Of a DNA stretch of 64,000 nt, positions 9,522 to 19,244 are shown one piece after another. This stretch comes from an uncultured Candidatus Saccharibacteria bacterium (GTDB taxonomy: Bacteria; Patescibacteriota; Doudnabacteria; UBA920; VMFF01), in the NCBI GenBank assembly GCA_964364285.1, contig CAYIKZ010000003.1:2491-66490 (forward strand), read 5' to 3'. The position numbers and the translations under genes were made by a program. The notes beneath the pieces were generated by a model that was not told where the DNA came from, did not search any database, and saw only the letters and a program-made list of their open reading frames with translations. Within the stretch, counting starts at the first letter, position 1. Every line of letters starts with the position of its first letter.

Positions 9522-10584
9522 GAAGACTTTAAAACCAAAGAAAAAAGTATTAGTGGCGCTTTCAGGCGGAATTGATTCTGCGGTAAGCGCTGCTTTGTTG
9601 TTGCAACAAGGATATATTGTTGAAGCAGGGTTTATGAAAAACTGGAGTTCAACCGAAGGGCTATTACGTAATGAATGTCCTTGGCTAGATGACAGAAGAG
9701 AAGCTTTAAGAGTAGCCGCATTTTTAAATATTCCATTGCACACTTTTGATTTTGAAAAACAATATCAAGACAAAGTAATGCAGTATTTCTTTAAAGAATA
9801 CAAAGCAGGAAGAACTCCAAACCCTGATGTCATGTGTAACAAAGAGATCAAGTTTAAGCTCCTCTATGACAAAGCAATTAACATGGGTTTTGATTACATT
9901 GCTACAGGACATTATGCTCAGATTAAAAACAGCAAACTCATCAGATCAGTAGATGAGTTCAAAGACCAAACATACTTCATCTACAACCTGGAAAAAGAAC
10001 AACTCAAACATATTCTTTTTCCAATAGGGCACTTAAAGAAGACAAAGGTTCGACAACTTGCAAAAAAGCTTCATCTCCCAAACGCAGAGCGCAAAGAAAG
10101 CATGGGTCTTTGTTTTGTTGGAAAGATTCGTTTAGATCAGTTCCTTTCACAGAAATTAAAACCAAAACAAGGAAACATAGTCGATACAAAAGGCAATGTT
10201 ATTGGAAAACACAAAGGCACCTCTTTCTATACCCTAGGACAAAGACAAGGGTTAGGCATTGGCGGAACCGGTGGTCCTTACTATATCGCTAAAAAAGACG
10301 TTAAAAAGAATATTCTGGTAGTTACCGAAGATCCACATGACAAGCTTTTAGAGTTTAAAGAGATTCATCTTGCGGATGTTAATTGGATTAATGAACCTAA
10401 AAAATATCCAAGTTTTTGCAAGGGACGTTTTAGACACCAACAAGCGCTTCAGGAGTTGAATCTTCGCAAAGAAAAAACAGGGTATATTGTTAAGTTTAAG
10501 AAGAAACAATTTGCAATCGCTTCAGGACAGAGTCTTGTGTTGTACAAAGGAAAAGAATGTTTAGGTGGGGGAGTGATTGGATAA
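9508..10584 (+). CDS. mnmA: tRNA-specific 2-thiouridylase MnmA
   Basis: PP-loop VLVALSGGIDSAVSA and conserved MnmA central and C-terminal regions. The true start is probably a few codons downstream of the ORF-track start. Confidence 0.85.
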   Translation: MMKSKKTLKPKKKVLVALSGGIDSAVSAALLLQQGYIVEAGFMKNWSSTEGLLRNECPWLDDRREALRVAAFLNIPLHTFDFEKQYQDKVMQYFFKEYKAGRTPNPDVMCNKEIKFKLLYDKAINMGFDYIATGHYAQIKNSKLIRSVDEFKDQTYFIYNLEKEQLKHILFPIGHLKKTKVRQLAKKLHLPNAERKESMGLCFVGKIRLDQFLSQKLKPKQGNIVDTKGNVIGKHKGTSFYTLGQRQGLGIGGTGGPYYIAKKDVKKNILVVTEDPHDKLLEFKEIHLADVNWINEPKKYPSFCKGRFRHQQALQELNLRKEKTGYIVKFKKKQFAIASGQSLVLYKGKECLGGGVIG

Positions 10585-10608
10585 AATAACTGTACAACTA
10601 ATTGACAA

Positions 10609-10633
10609 ATACCACTAGCCGTGGTATTTTTTT
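10609..10633 (+). terminator. Rho-independent terminator after mnmA (ataccac-tagcc-gtggtat + T7)
   Basis: 7-bp hairpin followed by a T-run immediately after the mnmA stop. Confidence 0.6.
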
Positions 10634-10675
10634 ATGTTAGTTAGTTGTGCAGGAGGACCTTCACCCGAGGAGAGC

Positions 10676-10957
10676 ATGCGACAGAATGATCTGAGGAGTC
10701 TGCTTTGTGCAGCCGCCGTTGCTGGCAGCGTTACCGAAGCACGAGAGCTTCGCAAGAAGTTCGTGAATGCCATCGGCGCACTCGATGGCTGGGTCCAGTG
10801 CGTCATGCTGGATCTGTATGACGAGATGCTGCGCCAGTGCCCGGAAAGACTTCCGGATCAGTTCGTGTTCTACATGTCGTGCTGCCACAGCGAAGCGGGC
10901 ACGACAGAGCACGGTCTCGGTGCGCTGGAGCAGGCGCTACTCGCACAGTGCACCTAG
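10676..10957 (+). CDS. Hypothetical 93-aa protein encoded in a compositionally foreign high-GC island (alternative start at 10634)
   Basis: GAGGAG Shine-Dalgarno 5 nt before the ATG at 10676. GC3-rich, Proteobacteria-like codon usage (CTG, GCC, GGC, CGC) unlike the rest of the window. High-GC DNA gives long ORFs in several frames, so coding status is uncertain. Confidence 0.3.
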   Translation: MRQNDLRSLLCAAAVAGSVTEARELRKKFVNAIGALDGWVQCVMLDLYDEMLRQCPERLPDQFVFYMSCCHSEAGTTEHGLGALEQALLAQCT

Positions 10958-11024
10958 TTCCATTCGGGCAACAAAACAGGGGCGATCTCTTTGCTGAGAC
11001 CGTCCCTGTGTCACGTCTATTTAC

Positions 11025-13013
11025 CTAGTGTTTTATGAACTTAACCATCAACAACGCGACAATGTTAATAATTTTAATCATTGGGTTAATTGCAGGTCCT
11101 GCAGTATCCTTGTATGGATCACCAACAGTGTCTCCTGTAACTGCTGCTTGATGAGCAAAGGATTTCTTTCCACCATGATGACCTTCCTCAATGTATTTCT
11201 TTGCATTGTCCCATGCAGCACCACCGGTTGTCATGGATATACCAACAAACAAACCAGTGACTATGGAACCAACAATCAAGCCGCCAAGTGCTTTAGCACC
11301 AAGAGTTAAACCAACAACGATTGGAACAACTACTGGGATAAGGGCGGGAATAATCATTTCTTTAATTGCGGCTTTTGTGACAATATCTACAGCCTTTGTG
11401 TAGTCTGGTTTTGCTGTTCCTTCCATAATTCCTTTTATTTCCCTAAACTGTCTTCTAACTTCTTCTACAACAGCATGTGCTGCTTTTCCTACAGCTTGCA
11501 TTGCAATGGAAGCAAAGAGGTAAGGCAACAAACCTCCAATAAACAAACCAACCAAAACTTTTGGATCTGAAATATCAAAGCCAGTATTTATTCCTCTATT
11601 TGTTAATTCTTGTGAGAATGAAGCAAACAAAATGATTGCAGCAAGCCCAGCTGATGCAATTGCATAACCTTTTGTTACTGCTTTTGTTGTGTTTCCAACA
11701 GCATCTAAAGGATCAGTAATATCTCTTACCTCTTGAGGCATACCAGCCATTTCAGCAATACCACCAGCATTGTCAGTTATTGGTCCAAACGCATCAATAG
11801 CAACAACAATTCCTGTTAAAGACAACATGCTCATAACCGCCAACGCAACACCGTAAAGTCCTGCTTGATTGTGTGAAATTAAAATTGCAGCAACAATCGC
11901 TAATACAGGTAGTGCTGTTGATTGCATTGAAACAGCAAGACCAGTAATGATGTTTGTTCCGTGTCCAGTTGTTGAAGCTTGCGCAATGTCTTGTACAGGC
12001 TTAAAGCTTTTTGATGTGTAGTATTCTGTGATTAAAACAATAGCTGCGGTTACTACAAGACCCATTAAAGCAGAGGTATAAAGCTGCCAGAAAGTAAACT
12101 GAGTTTGTGCTGCCATCATGCTTTGGGTAATAGGGTAGAAGGCAACGGCTGAAAGAAGCCCTGAAACAATAAGGCCTTTGTAAAGCGCGCCCATGATACT
12201 TTTCTTAGAACCGAGTCTAACAAATAATGTTCCAATAATTGTTGTAATGATTGAAGCAGCCCCTAGGATTAAAGGATAGGTGATTGCTGCTTCAAAACCC
12301 TTAAAAGTTAAAGAACCAAGAAGCATTACTGCGATTGCTGAAACAACGTATGTTTCAAACAAGTCTGCTGCCATACCCGCGTCATCACCAACGTTGTCAC
12401 CAACGTTGTCTGCAATGACTGCTGGGTTTCTTGGATCATCTTCTGGAATACCGCTCTCAAGTTTACCAACTAAGTCAGCACCAACATCAGCACCTTTTGT
12501 AAAGATTCCACCACCTAGTCTTGCAAATACAGAAATTAAAGAAGCTCCGAAGCCAAGACCAATTAAAGCGCTTAAGTCTTTGTTAAAAGCGTAGAATCCT
12601 GCAACAGAAAGAAGTCCAAGACCTACTACAAACAAACCTGTCACTGTTCCGCCTTGAAAAGCAACAGAAAGAGCTTGTCCTAAACCTTTCCTTGCAGCCT
12701 CTGCTGTTCTGACGTTTGCTCTAACAGCAACATTCATTCCAATGTAACCTGCTAGTGCTGAAGCAACTGCTCCAATCAAAAAACCGATGATTGTGCCGGT
12801 GCTAAAATGAAAGACCCACATTAAAATTGCTAAAACTGCTGCTACTCCTGCAACAGTCTTGTACTGTCTGTTTAAGTATGCGTTTGCCCCCTGTTGTATA
12901 GCTTGCGCTATTTCCCTCATTTTCTCATTACCTTGCTCTTTTTTTAAAACATTGAAGATGAGTGCTGTACCGTAAATTAAAGAAAGCACAGCTGCTATGA
13001 TCGGAAAGGTCAT
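11025..13013 (-). CDS. hppA: K+/H+-translocating membrane pyrophosphatase (V-type H+-PPase)
   Basis: Multi-TM protein with the diagnostic [17 protein letters not shown] ... DNVGDNVGD motifs of H+-PPases. Confidence 0.9.
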   Translation of the reverse strand: MTFPIIAAVLSLIYGTALIFNVLKKEQGNEKMREIAQAIQQGANAYLNRQYKTVAGVAAVLAILMWVFHFSTGTIIGFLIGAVASALAGYIGMNVAVRANVRTAEAARKGLGQALSVAFQGGTVTGLFVVGLGLLSVAGFYAFNKDLSALIGLGFGASLISVFARLGGGIFTKGADVGADLVGKLESGIPEDDPRNPAVIADNVGDNVGDDAGMAADLFETYVVSAIAVMLLGSLTFKGFEAAITYPLILGAASIITTIIGTLFVRLGSKKSIMGALYKGLIVSGLLSAVAFYPITQSMMAAQTQFTFWQLYTSALMGLVVTAAIVLITEYYTSKSFKPVQDIAQASTTGHGTNIITGLAVSMQSTALPVLAIVAAILISHNQAGLYGVALAVMSMLSLTGIVVAIDAFGPITDNAGGIAEMAGMPQEVRDITDPLDAVGNTTKAVTKGYAIASAGLAAIILFASFSQELTNRGINTGFDISDPKVLVGLFIGGLLPYLFASIAMQAVGKAAHAVVEEVRRQFREIKGIMEGTAKPDYTKAVDIVTKAAIKEMIIPALIPVVVPIVVGLTLGAKALGGLIVGSIVTGLFVGISMTTGGAAWDNAKKYIEEGHHGGKKSFAHQAAVTGDTVGDPYKDTAGPAINPMIKIINIVALLMVKFIKH

Positions 13014-13116
13014 ATCTTTGTTCTTTTTTCTTAATTAAAAGGTTAATTTTACTTGCTTATTATGCCAAAAAAGCCCAGGTTTTGCAAGACCTTAAGGCTT
13101 TTACTGTCAACACTAT

Positions 13117-13281
13117 TTATTTATGTCTTGATCTTTGAAAAATGATTGTAAAACCCCATATTCCAATGACCAAGTGTATCAGGAGGATATATGCCGGTAG
13201 ATCAAAGTATTCCTTAAAGGCAAACCCTAAAACACCGACTAAAATACCTCCAGTAGCACAAACTACAGCGTATAGTTTCAT
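13117..13281 (-). CDS. Possible small 2-TM membrane protein (54 aa, below the ORF-track length cutoff)
   Basis: Hand translation of the minus strand gives an ATG-to-TAA ORF of 54 aa, MKLYAVVCATGGILVGVLGFAFKEYFDLPAYILLIHLVIGIWGFTIIFQRSRHK, with two hydrophobic helices. Confidence 0.3.
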   Translation of the reverse strand: MKLYAVVCATGGILVGVLGFAFKEYFDLPAYILLIHLVIGIWGFTIIFQRSRHK

Positions 13282-13540
13282 TATTTTTTAATTAGGTTAT
13301 AGAAAGACTCAAGACGAGAATCTGTTCCACAATAGAAGATGCGTTCTGTCAGATTAACGCAATATTGCGGATTTTTATGGATATAGTTGTACTTTGGCAG
13401 GAACCAGTATAGAAATACTGCTGCTGCAAAGAACAAACCATATAGCACAAACTTTATAATTGATAGCATGATATAAGTATATCTGATCTTGTAAAAAGTG
13501 CCAATTTCTGGTATGGTAGAGAAGATTTTTAAAGGAATAT

Positions 13541-13615
13541 TGGGGTGTAGCCAAGTGGTAAGGCATGGGACTCTGAATCCCACATCCGTAGGTTCGATCC
13601 CTACCACCCCAGCCA
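13541..13615 (+). tRNA. tRNA-Gln (anticodon CUG)
   Basis: 75-nt cloverleaf. The acceptor stem is TGGGGTG/CACCCCA with U1:A72 as in bacterial tRNA-Gln. The 3-bp D-stem is GCC/GGC, the anticodon stem TGGGA/TCCCA with loop CTCTGAA (CUG), the T-arm GTAGG-TTCGATC-CCTAC, and CCA is encoded. It closely resembles E. coli tRNA-Gln. Confidence 0.85.
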
Positions 13616-13662
13616 AAAATGGACGAGAATAAAAATTTTTAGATAATTATAGAATTTTTTAT

Positions 13663-14481
13663 ATGAAATTACCAATAGACAATTTGGGTTATCCAGTAAA
13701 ATTGCAGATCGGAGAATTTTCTGGATCTGGTTTTATCATTAATCAAGTGAACCAACTTTATTTAGTAACAGCAAAGCATGTTATTTATCAGCAGGATCAG
13801 ATAACAAAGGTTTTTAATTTGCTAGATAAAAAAATGATAATGATTACTTACCCCATGATTTCATCAGAAAAAGTATCATCTAAGCCAAGAATTTTTGAGT
13901 TAAACCTAGAGTTGTTATCAGCTTCTGCAGACTTAAAAGCACACGAGCAGGCTGATATTGTGGTTATTAAATTGGGAGAGCTTCAGAAAAAAAACGAAAT
14001 TTTTTATATTGACTTTCCTGCATCGATAAAAACTATTCAGGAGTCTGAAGGTACAATCATAAATTATGACATGAAGGGATCAAGACGATTTGAACAGGTA
14101 CAAATAACAAACGATATATTTATTCTTGGTTACCCTGTATCTCTTAGTACACCTGAAATGAAACAGATAGATTACAATTCGCCATTAGTTAGGAAGGGAA
14201 TCATAGCTGGAAAAAATTATTTAAATAAGTCATTGATCCTTGATTGTCCTATATATGGTGGAAATAGTGGCGGCCTTGTTTTAGAGATGAATGAAACAGG
14301 AATAGGTAGTGGTAACATTCATCTTATTGGAGTAGTTGTGCAGTTTGTACCATTTCTAGATCAGTGGAGAAATGTTAAATTTCCTCAATTGTATAACACA
14401 AATTTACAAAATTCCGGTTATTCTGTAGCTTTGCCTGTTGATTACATTTTTGATCTTATTGGAGAAATTGAGTCAAATTAA
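13663..14481 (+). CDS. Trypsin-like (S1/chymotrypsin-fold) serine protease, cytoplasmic (no signal peptide)
   Basis: Catalytic triad context: His in VTAKHVI, Asp in QADIVVIKL, Ser in YGGNSGGLV (GDSGG-like). Confidence 0.6.
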   Translation: MKLPIDNLGYPVKLQIGEFSGSGFIINQVNQLYLVTAKHVIYQQDQITKVFNLLDKKMIMITYPMISSEKVSSKPRIFELNLELLSASADLKAHEQADIVVIKLGELQKKNEIFYIDFPASIKTIQESEGTIINYDMKGSRRFEQVQITNDIFILGYPVSLSTPEMKQIDYNSPLVRKGIIAGKNYLNKSLILDCPIYGGNSGGLVLEMNETGIGSGNIHLIGVVVQFVPFLDQWRNVKFPQLYNTNLQNSGYSVALPVDYIFDLIGEIESN

Positions 14482-14510
14482 AGTGTCATTTTGGTAAATT
14501 AACGATTTTA

Positions 14511-15476
14511 GTGAAAGGAACATTAAGTAAAACAAAACATATGTATATAAAAGAATTCAAAAAGCTTAATAAAAAGAGCGTTTCAGAAGCAGGAGGCAAA
14601 GGAGCTTCCCTGGGAGAAATGACCAACGCAAAAATGCCAGTTCCACCGGGGTTTGTTGTTCTTGCTTCTGCTTTCAATCGTTTCCTAGAAGAAACAGATT
14701 TAGATACTGAAATAGAGGCATTGTTTAAAAAGGTTAAACACAATGATATCAACTCTGTTGAAAAAGCTTCTGTTGAGATCAGAGAACTCATTGCAGAAGC
14801 AACAATGCCGAAAGATCTTCAACAAGATATCTTAAAATCCTTCAAAACGTTAAAAACAACATATGTTGCGGTAAGATCCTCTGCAACCGCGGAAGACTCT
14901 AAAACCGCTTCCTGGGCAGGGGAGTTAGAGACATATTTAAACGTTACTGAAAAAAACGTAATTGCAATGGTTAAAAAATGCTGGTCGTCTTTGTTTACTC
15001 CAAGGGCGATTTTTTATCGCTATGAAAAGAAATTAAACAAGAAGGTAGTTTCTGTTGCAGTTGTTGTTCAAACAATGGTTCAATCTGAAGTTTCTGGTAT
15101 TAGTTTTACAGTTCATCCTGTAACAAAAGATTACAACCAGATGGTCATTGAAGCAGGCTTTGGTTTAGGAGAAGCAATTGTTTCTGGATCTGTTACTCCT
15201 GATACATACGTTGTACACAAAAAAGACTTTTCAATACTGGATATAAACGTATCAGAACAATCAATGATGATTATAAAATCGGGAAACAAGAACTTGAACA
15301 AAAAACTTTCTAAAAAAGATGGTGGAAAACAGAAACTTTCAGGGAAACAAATCGTTGAGCTTGCAAAGATATGTAAGAACATTGAAAAACACTACAAACA
15401 CCCACAAGACATAGAGTGGGCATATACAAATAATAAGTTCTATATAACTCAATCAAGACCTATTACAACACTTTAA
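14511..15476 (+). CDS. Stand-alone PEP/pyruvate-binding ATP-grasp domain protein (PPDK_N, N-terminal nucleotide-binding module of PEP synthase / rifampin phosphotransferase). The likely true start is the ATG at 14541
   Basis: SVSEAGGKGASLGEMTNAKMPVPPGFVV near the N-terminus and DIEWAY...YITQSRPITT at the C-terminus are hallmarks of the PPDK_N domain. There is no attached His or TIM-barrel domain. Confidence 0.8.
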   Translation: MKGTLSKTKHMYIKEFKKLNKKSVSEAGGKGASLGEMTNAKMPVPPGFVVLASAFNRFLEETDLDTEIEALFKKVKHNDINSVEKASVEIRELIAEATMPKDLQQDILKSFKTLKTTYVAVRSSATAEDSKTASWAGELETYLNVTEKNVIAMVKKCWSSLFTPRAIFYRYEKKLNKKVVSVAVVVQTMVQSEVSGISFTVHPVTKDYNQMVIEAGFGLGEAIVSGSVTPDTYVVHKKDFSILDINVSEQSMMIIKSGNKNLNKKLSKKDGGKQKLSGKQIVELAKICKNIEKHYKHPQDIEWAYTNNKFYITQSRPITTL

Positions 15477-15480
15477 CAAC

Positions 15481-16788
15481 ATGCCAAAAGAGAAAAGCGC
15501 CAAACAGATTGAATTGGAGGTTTTAAAATACAAAGACTGGGAATGGTGGGCAGAGCGTCCTTTTGGTGCTTTTGTTATGTCACTCTTCAGAGAGGGGCAA
15601 AAAAGAGAATACATACGCAAACTTGGTGTTGACGCAGAGTGGCCAGTCTTACTCTTTCAAAAAGGGACTTTTTACAAAAGTGAAACAGTTTGGAATATCT
15701 TTGCAAAACAGTTAGAAAAATATTTAGCAAAAGGTGGAACGGTTTTTAGCATAACAAAATCATGTGAAAGATTCTTGATTGATAGCAAAAAGTTTGTAAG
15801 AGAGCTTAACAAATCAAAACTACCACCACAAAAGAAACTCCAAAAACTGCACGAACCATTAACATTAATCATGAGTTATGTTTGGTTAACTCATGGTTTT
15901 GAACATATTTACAAAAAGCGCCTTTACAAAGAAGTTCCGAAATATGTAAAAGGGGACATAGACAAATATATTGGTGATATTAGTTTTCCTATTAAAAAGA
16001 ATGCGCACCATCATTTAGAAAAAACTTTAAGAAGCAAACAGCCTTTGGAACAAATTCGAGAACGATGGGGCTGGATTAAAGCTCGAGATGGTTTTTCTGA
16101 TATATTCACAATCAAAGAATTAGCTTTAGAGCGTAAGAAACTAAAGGGAACAAAACACTCGACCTTTAAAAAAATAAGGGTTCCTAAAGCTTTACAATCA
16201 CTAGCAAAGGTATCCCAAGAGCTAGTGTATTTAAGAACGTTAAGAACTGACGTGCTTTATGAATTAATGTATTTAGCTCGTCCGACACTTAATGAGGTTG
16301 CAAAGCTATACAAAATTCCTTTCAAAAGCTTAAGAGACTACGCTGTTTGGGATTTGGTTCAAGGAAAACTTAAAAAATACCTATATACTCCTGATTTGTC
16401 AGCAATCAGTGTTGGTAAGGACTTTGTATTATTAGATCATCCGATATTGAAAGACAGATACGGGAAAATGGATTCCATAAAAGGGTTAATAGCAAACAAA
16501 GGATTTGCTGTCGGTAGAGCAAAGATAGTTAAGATTGCTCACGAGATAGGAAAGGTTAAAAAAGGGGATATACTATTTGCACCAACAACCTTCCCTTCCT
16601 TTATCATGGGAATGAAAAGAGCGGCAGCTTTTGTTACTGACGAAGGGGGTATTACATCACACGCAGCAATAGTTGCTAGAGAGTTAAACAAGCCATGTAT
16701 TATAGGGACGAAAATAGGAACAAAAGTTTTTAAAGACGGTGACTTAGTAGAAGTTGATGCTAACAAAGGTATAATTAAAAAGCTATGA
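15481..16788 (+). CDS. Paralog 1: variable N-terminal domain (~330 aa) + C-terminal PEP-utilizing-enzyme mobile (phospho-His swivel) domain
   Basis: C-terminal GDILFAPTTFPSFIMGMKRAAAFVTDEGGITSHAAIVARELNKPCIIGT...EVDANKGIIKKL is the swivel domain with the catalytic His in GGITSHAAI. Confidence 0.8.
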   Translation: MPKEKSAKQIELEVLKYKDWEWWAERPFGAFVMSLFREGQKREYIRKLGVDAEWPVLLFQKGTFYKSETVWNIFAKQLEKYLAKGGTVFSITKSCERFLIDSKKFVRELNKSKLPPQKKLQKLHEPLTLIMSYVWLTHGFEHIYKKRLYKEVPKYVKGDIDKYIGDISFPIKKNAHHHLEKTLRSKQPLEQIRERWGWIKARDGFSDIFTIKELALERKKLKGTKHSTFKKIRVPKALQSLAKVSQELVYLRTLRTDVLYELMYLARPTLNEVAKLYKIPFKSLRDYAVWDLVQGKLKKYLYTPDLSAISVGKDFVLLDHPILKDRYGKMDSIKGLIANKGFAVGRAKIVKIAHEIGKVKKGDILFAPTTFPSFIMGMKRAAAFVTDEGGITSHAAIVARELNKPCIIGTKIGTKVFKDGDLVEVDANKGIIKKL

Positions 16789-18266
16789 AGTTAAAATATA
16801 TAACTGACAAAGACCCATGGATGTTAGCTGAAGACATTCCAGATATTCATTTTCAATTTACTCAAATCTGGTCATCATCTTTTGTTAACGATTTATCGAG
16901 AACAGCAAAAAAACAATACAAAAAAATTCTTGTCGTATATCATGGTTTAAATCTAGTGTTTTATTATGGCGAAAAGGACTCTGATGATTTTGCTCAACAT
17001 CTTTTAAAGTTATTAAAAAACAATTCAAGTTTTGGTGACAAGATTAATTACAACATCAGAAAACACTCAGATGGGTTAAAGAAATTTAGTTCGCAGATCA
17101 ATCCTGAATTTCTGATGGGATTATCGAATAAAGAATTGGTCAATTTTTACACAAAACTAGATAGTATTCATACCGAGCTATATACATGGGGTTGGTTACC
17201 AAATGCAGTAGATATGTTCCACGGTAATCTAACAAATTATCTCAAATCGTTATTACGTTTGAAACTAGACGAAGATAAAGTTAATACAGCTTTAGTTACT
17301 TTAAGCACCCACCCAGAAAAAAGTATTCTTCAAAAAGAACATGAATCATTCCTTAATTTGGTAAGTTTAAAACAAAGAAAATCTAAAGAATTTGAAAATG
17401 CTTTGCAAAAGCATTTAAGCAGGTTTTTCTATCTCAAACATTTATGGATAGGAAAAGAAGGTGTATACGATAAAGCATATTATTTGACTGAGATAAAAAA
17501 GTTTTTGGCTTCAGGAGAAAATGCTAAAGTATTGCTTGACAAAGAAAATAAGATTTTTAAAAAGACTTTACAGGAACAGAAAACTCTTATTAAGAAGTTA
17601 AAACTAAATAAAAAGCAAAAACAGCTTTTTAATTCTTATGCGGAGTTCTCTGTTACAAAACTATATAGACGCGATGCGCAAATCTTTTGGTCTTACAAAA
17701 TGGATTATGTTTTTTTAGAATTATCGAAAAGATTTAAAATTAGTTTTTTGCAAGCAAGATGCATGCTACCGAATGAGGTGTATGATGGTTTAATTAAGAA
17801 TAAGCTTTCGGGATCGTTAAGAAATCAATTAAAACAACGCACAAAGTATTTTGTTTATTACGCTGAAAAGGGCTCAGACTTAATATTTTATGGCAAAAGA
17901 GCAAAAGTATTAGAAAATAAAATATCTAAGCTATCTCGACTTGATATTAACGAATTAAGCGGGCAAACTGCTTGTTTGGGTAAAGTTCAAGGAAAGGTAA
18001 AGATCGTTAATTCCATTTCTGACATGAAGAAAATGGAGAAAGGCGATATTCTTATTAGCATTGCTACTAATCCTGATGTAGTACCTGCAATGAGAACAGC
18101 TGGGGCGATAGTAACTGAACAAGGCGGTATTACATCACACGCAGCTATAGTTTCTAGAGAGTTGAATATTCCTTGCATAATTGGAACAAAGATAGCAACC
18201 CAAGTTTTTAAAGATGGTGATATGGTTGAAGTAGACGCGAACAAAGGAATTGTGAGGAAATTATGA
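16785..18266 (+). CDS. Paralog 2: divergent N-terminal domain (~390 aa) + C-terminal phospho-His swivel domain
   Basis: C-terminal GDILISIATNPDVVPAMRTAGAIVTEQGGITSHAAIVSRELNIPCIIGT...EVDANKGIVRKL. ATGA overlap with the upstream gene. Confidence 0.8.
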   Translation: MKLKYITDKDPWMLAEDIPDIHFQFTQIWSSSFVNDLSRTAKKQYKKILVVYHGLNLVFYYGEKDSDDFAQHLLKLLKNNSSFGDKINYNIRKHSDGLKKFSSQINPEFLMGLSNKELVNFYTKLDSIHTELYTWGWLPNAVDMFHGNLTNYLKSLLRLKLDEDKVNTALVTLSTHPEKSILQKEHESFLNLVSLKQRKSKEFENALQKHLSRFFYLKHLWIGKEGVYDKAYYLTEIKKFLASGENAKVLLDKENKIFKKTLQEQKTLIKKLKLNKKQKQLFNSYAEFSVTKLYRRDAQIFWSYKMDYVFLELSKRFKISFLQARCMLPNEVYDGLIKNKLSGSLRNQLKQRTKYFVYYAEKGSDLIFYGKRAKVLENKISKLSRLDINELSGQTACLGKVQGKVKIVNSISDMKKMEKGDILISIATNPDVVPAMRTAGAIVTEQGGITSHAAIVSRELNIPCIIGTKIATQVFKDGDMVEVDANKGIVRKL

Positions 18267-19231
18267 AAAAAATTGATCCAAAAGAATGGCAATTCTATTT
18301 AACCAGACCTTTTGATCTATTTGGTGCTTCACTTTGGCATGGTTGGTATGAATCAAAGTATATACAACACGCTTTGGGTTTTAAAATGGACGAAATAATC
18401 TGTGTTGAAATTAGTCCTCATTTGGTTAGTCAATACAGGGCTAAGGAACAGATGCGCTTACTAACCAAGCATATCCAAAAGCTCATATTTTTAACTCCTA
18501 AAAAATTTGAAAGGTTGCTAAAACATGGTCTTGCTTTAAGCAAGAAAGCAGATAGATATTTAGAAAAGCCACATAAATTTAAAAATTTGGATGACGCTTT
18601 AGAATTTTTCAATGAGTTAATTTTCTATACCACTGTCTTTTCTAACTTTCCAACATTTCTAGATCAAAACAAAAAATTACCAAACAAAGCCATTGGTATG
18701 ATTAGTCAACTTCGCAGTGCTTCTTACTATTCTCCTTTTTTGAAGAAAATAATTATGCCGCTTGCCAAGGCTCATCCCTTAGTCATACTTCAAAAGAAAA
18801 ATCACTCAAAGCGATTTATTTACACAAAGAGGCGCGGTAAAGAAGAAATTCAATGGGTTAAGAATACTAAAAACTTCGTCAAACAATTTGAAACCCATGT
18901 AATTAAATCAAAAGAGATAAAAGGGTTTGCCGCTTATCCAGGAAAAGTTAGAGGCAGGGTTCACTTGGTTCGCGATTTCACAAAACCTGGAAAAATGAAG
19001 GATGGTAGTATTCTAGTTTCAATAAACACTAACCCAAACTTGATGCCTTTAATTCGTAAGGCTTCAGCAATTGTTTCGGATGAAGGTGGTATAACAAGTC
19101 ATGCGGCTATAGTATCAAGAGAATTTAAAATTCCATGCGTCATAGGTACAAAGGTTGCCACCAAGGTACTTAAAAATAATGATTTAGTCGAAGTGGACGC
19201 AAACAAAGGAATTGTGCGAAAATTAAAATAA
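18263..19231 (+). CDS. Paralog 3: divergent N-terminal domain (~220 aa) + C-terminal phospho-His swivel domain
   Basis: C-terminal GSILVSINTNPNLMPLIRKASAIVSDEGGITSHAAIVSREFKIPCVIGT...EVDANKGIVRKL. ATGA overlap with the upstream gene. Confidence 0.8.
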   Translation: MKKIDPKEWQFYLTRPFDLFGASLWHGWYESKYIQHALGFKMDEIICVEISPHLVSQYRAKEQMRLLTKHIQKLIFLTPKKFERLLKHGLALSKKADRYLEKPHKFKNLDDALEFFNELIFYTTVFSNFPTFLDQNKKLPNKAIGMISQLRSASYYSPFLKKIIMPLAKAHPLVILQKKNHSKRFIYTKRRGKEEIQWVKNTKNFVKQFETHVIKSKEIKGFAAYPGKVRGRVHLVRDFTKPGKMKDGSILVSINTNPNLMPLIRKASAIVSDEGGITSHAAIVSREFKIPCVIGTKVATKVLKNNDLVEVDANKGIVRKLK

Positions 19232-19244
19232 TTAAGCAAAACAC

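Noticed and set aside
10615-11028. Multiple overlapping ORFs on both strands of the high-GC island (10615..10806 -, 10661..10912 -, 10767..10997 +, 10837..11028 +)
   Set aside because: High-GC DNA lacks stop codons in most frames. Only the 10676..10957 + frame has an SD and coherent codon periodicity, and the others are kept as noise.
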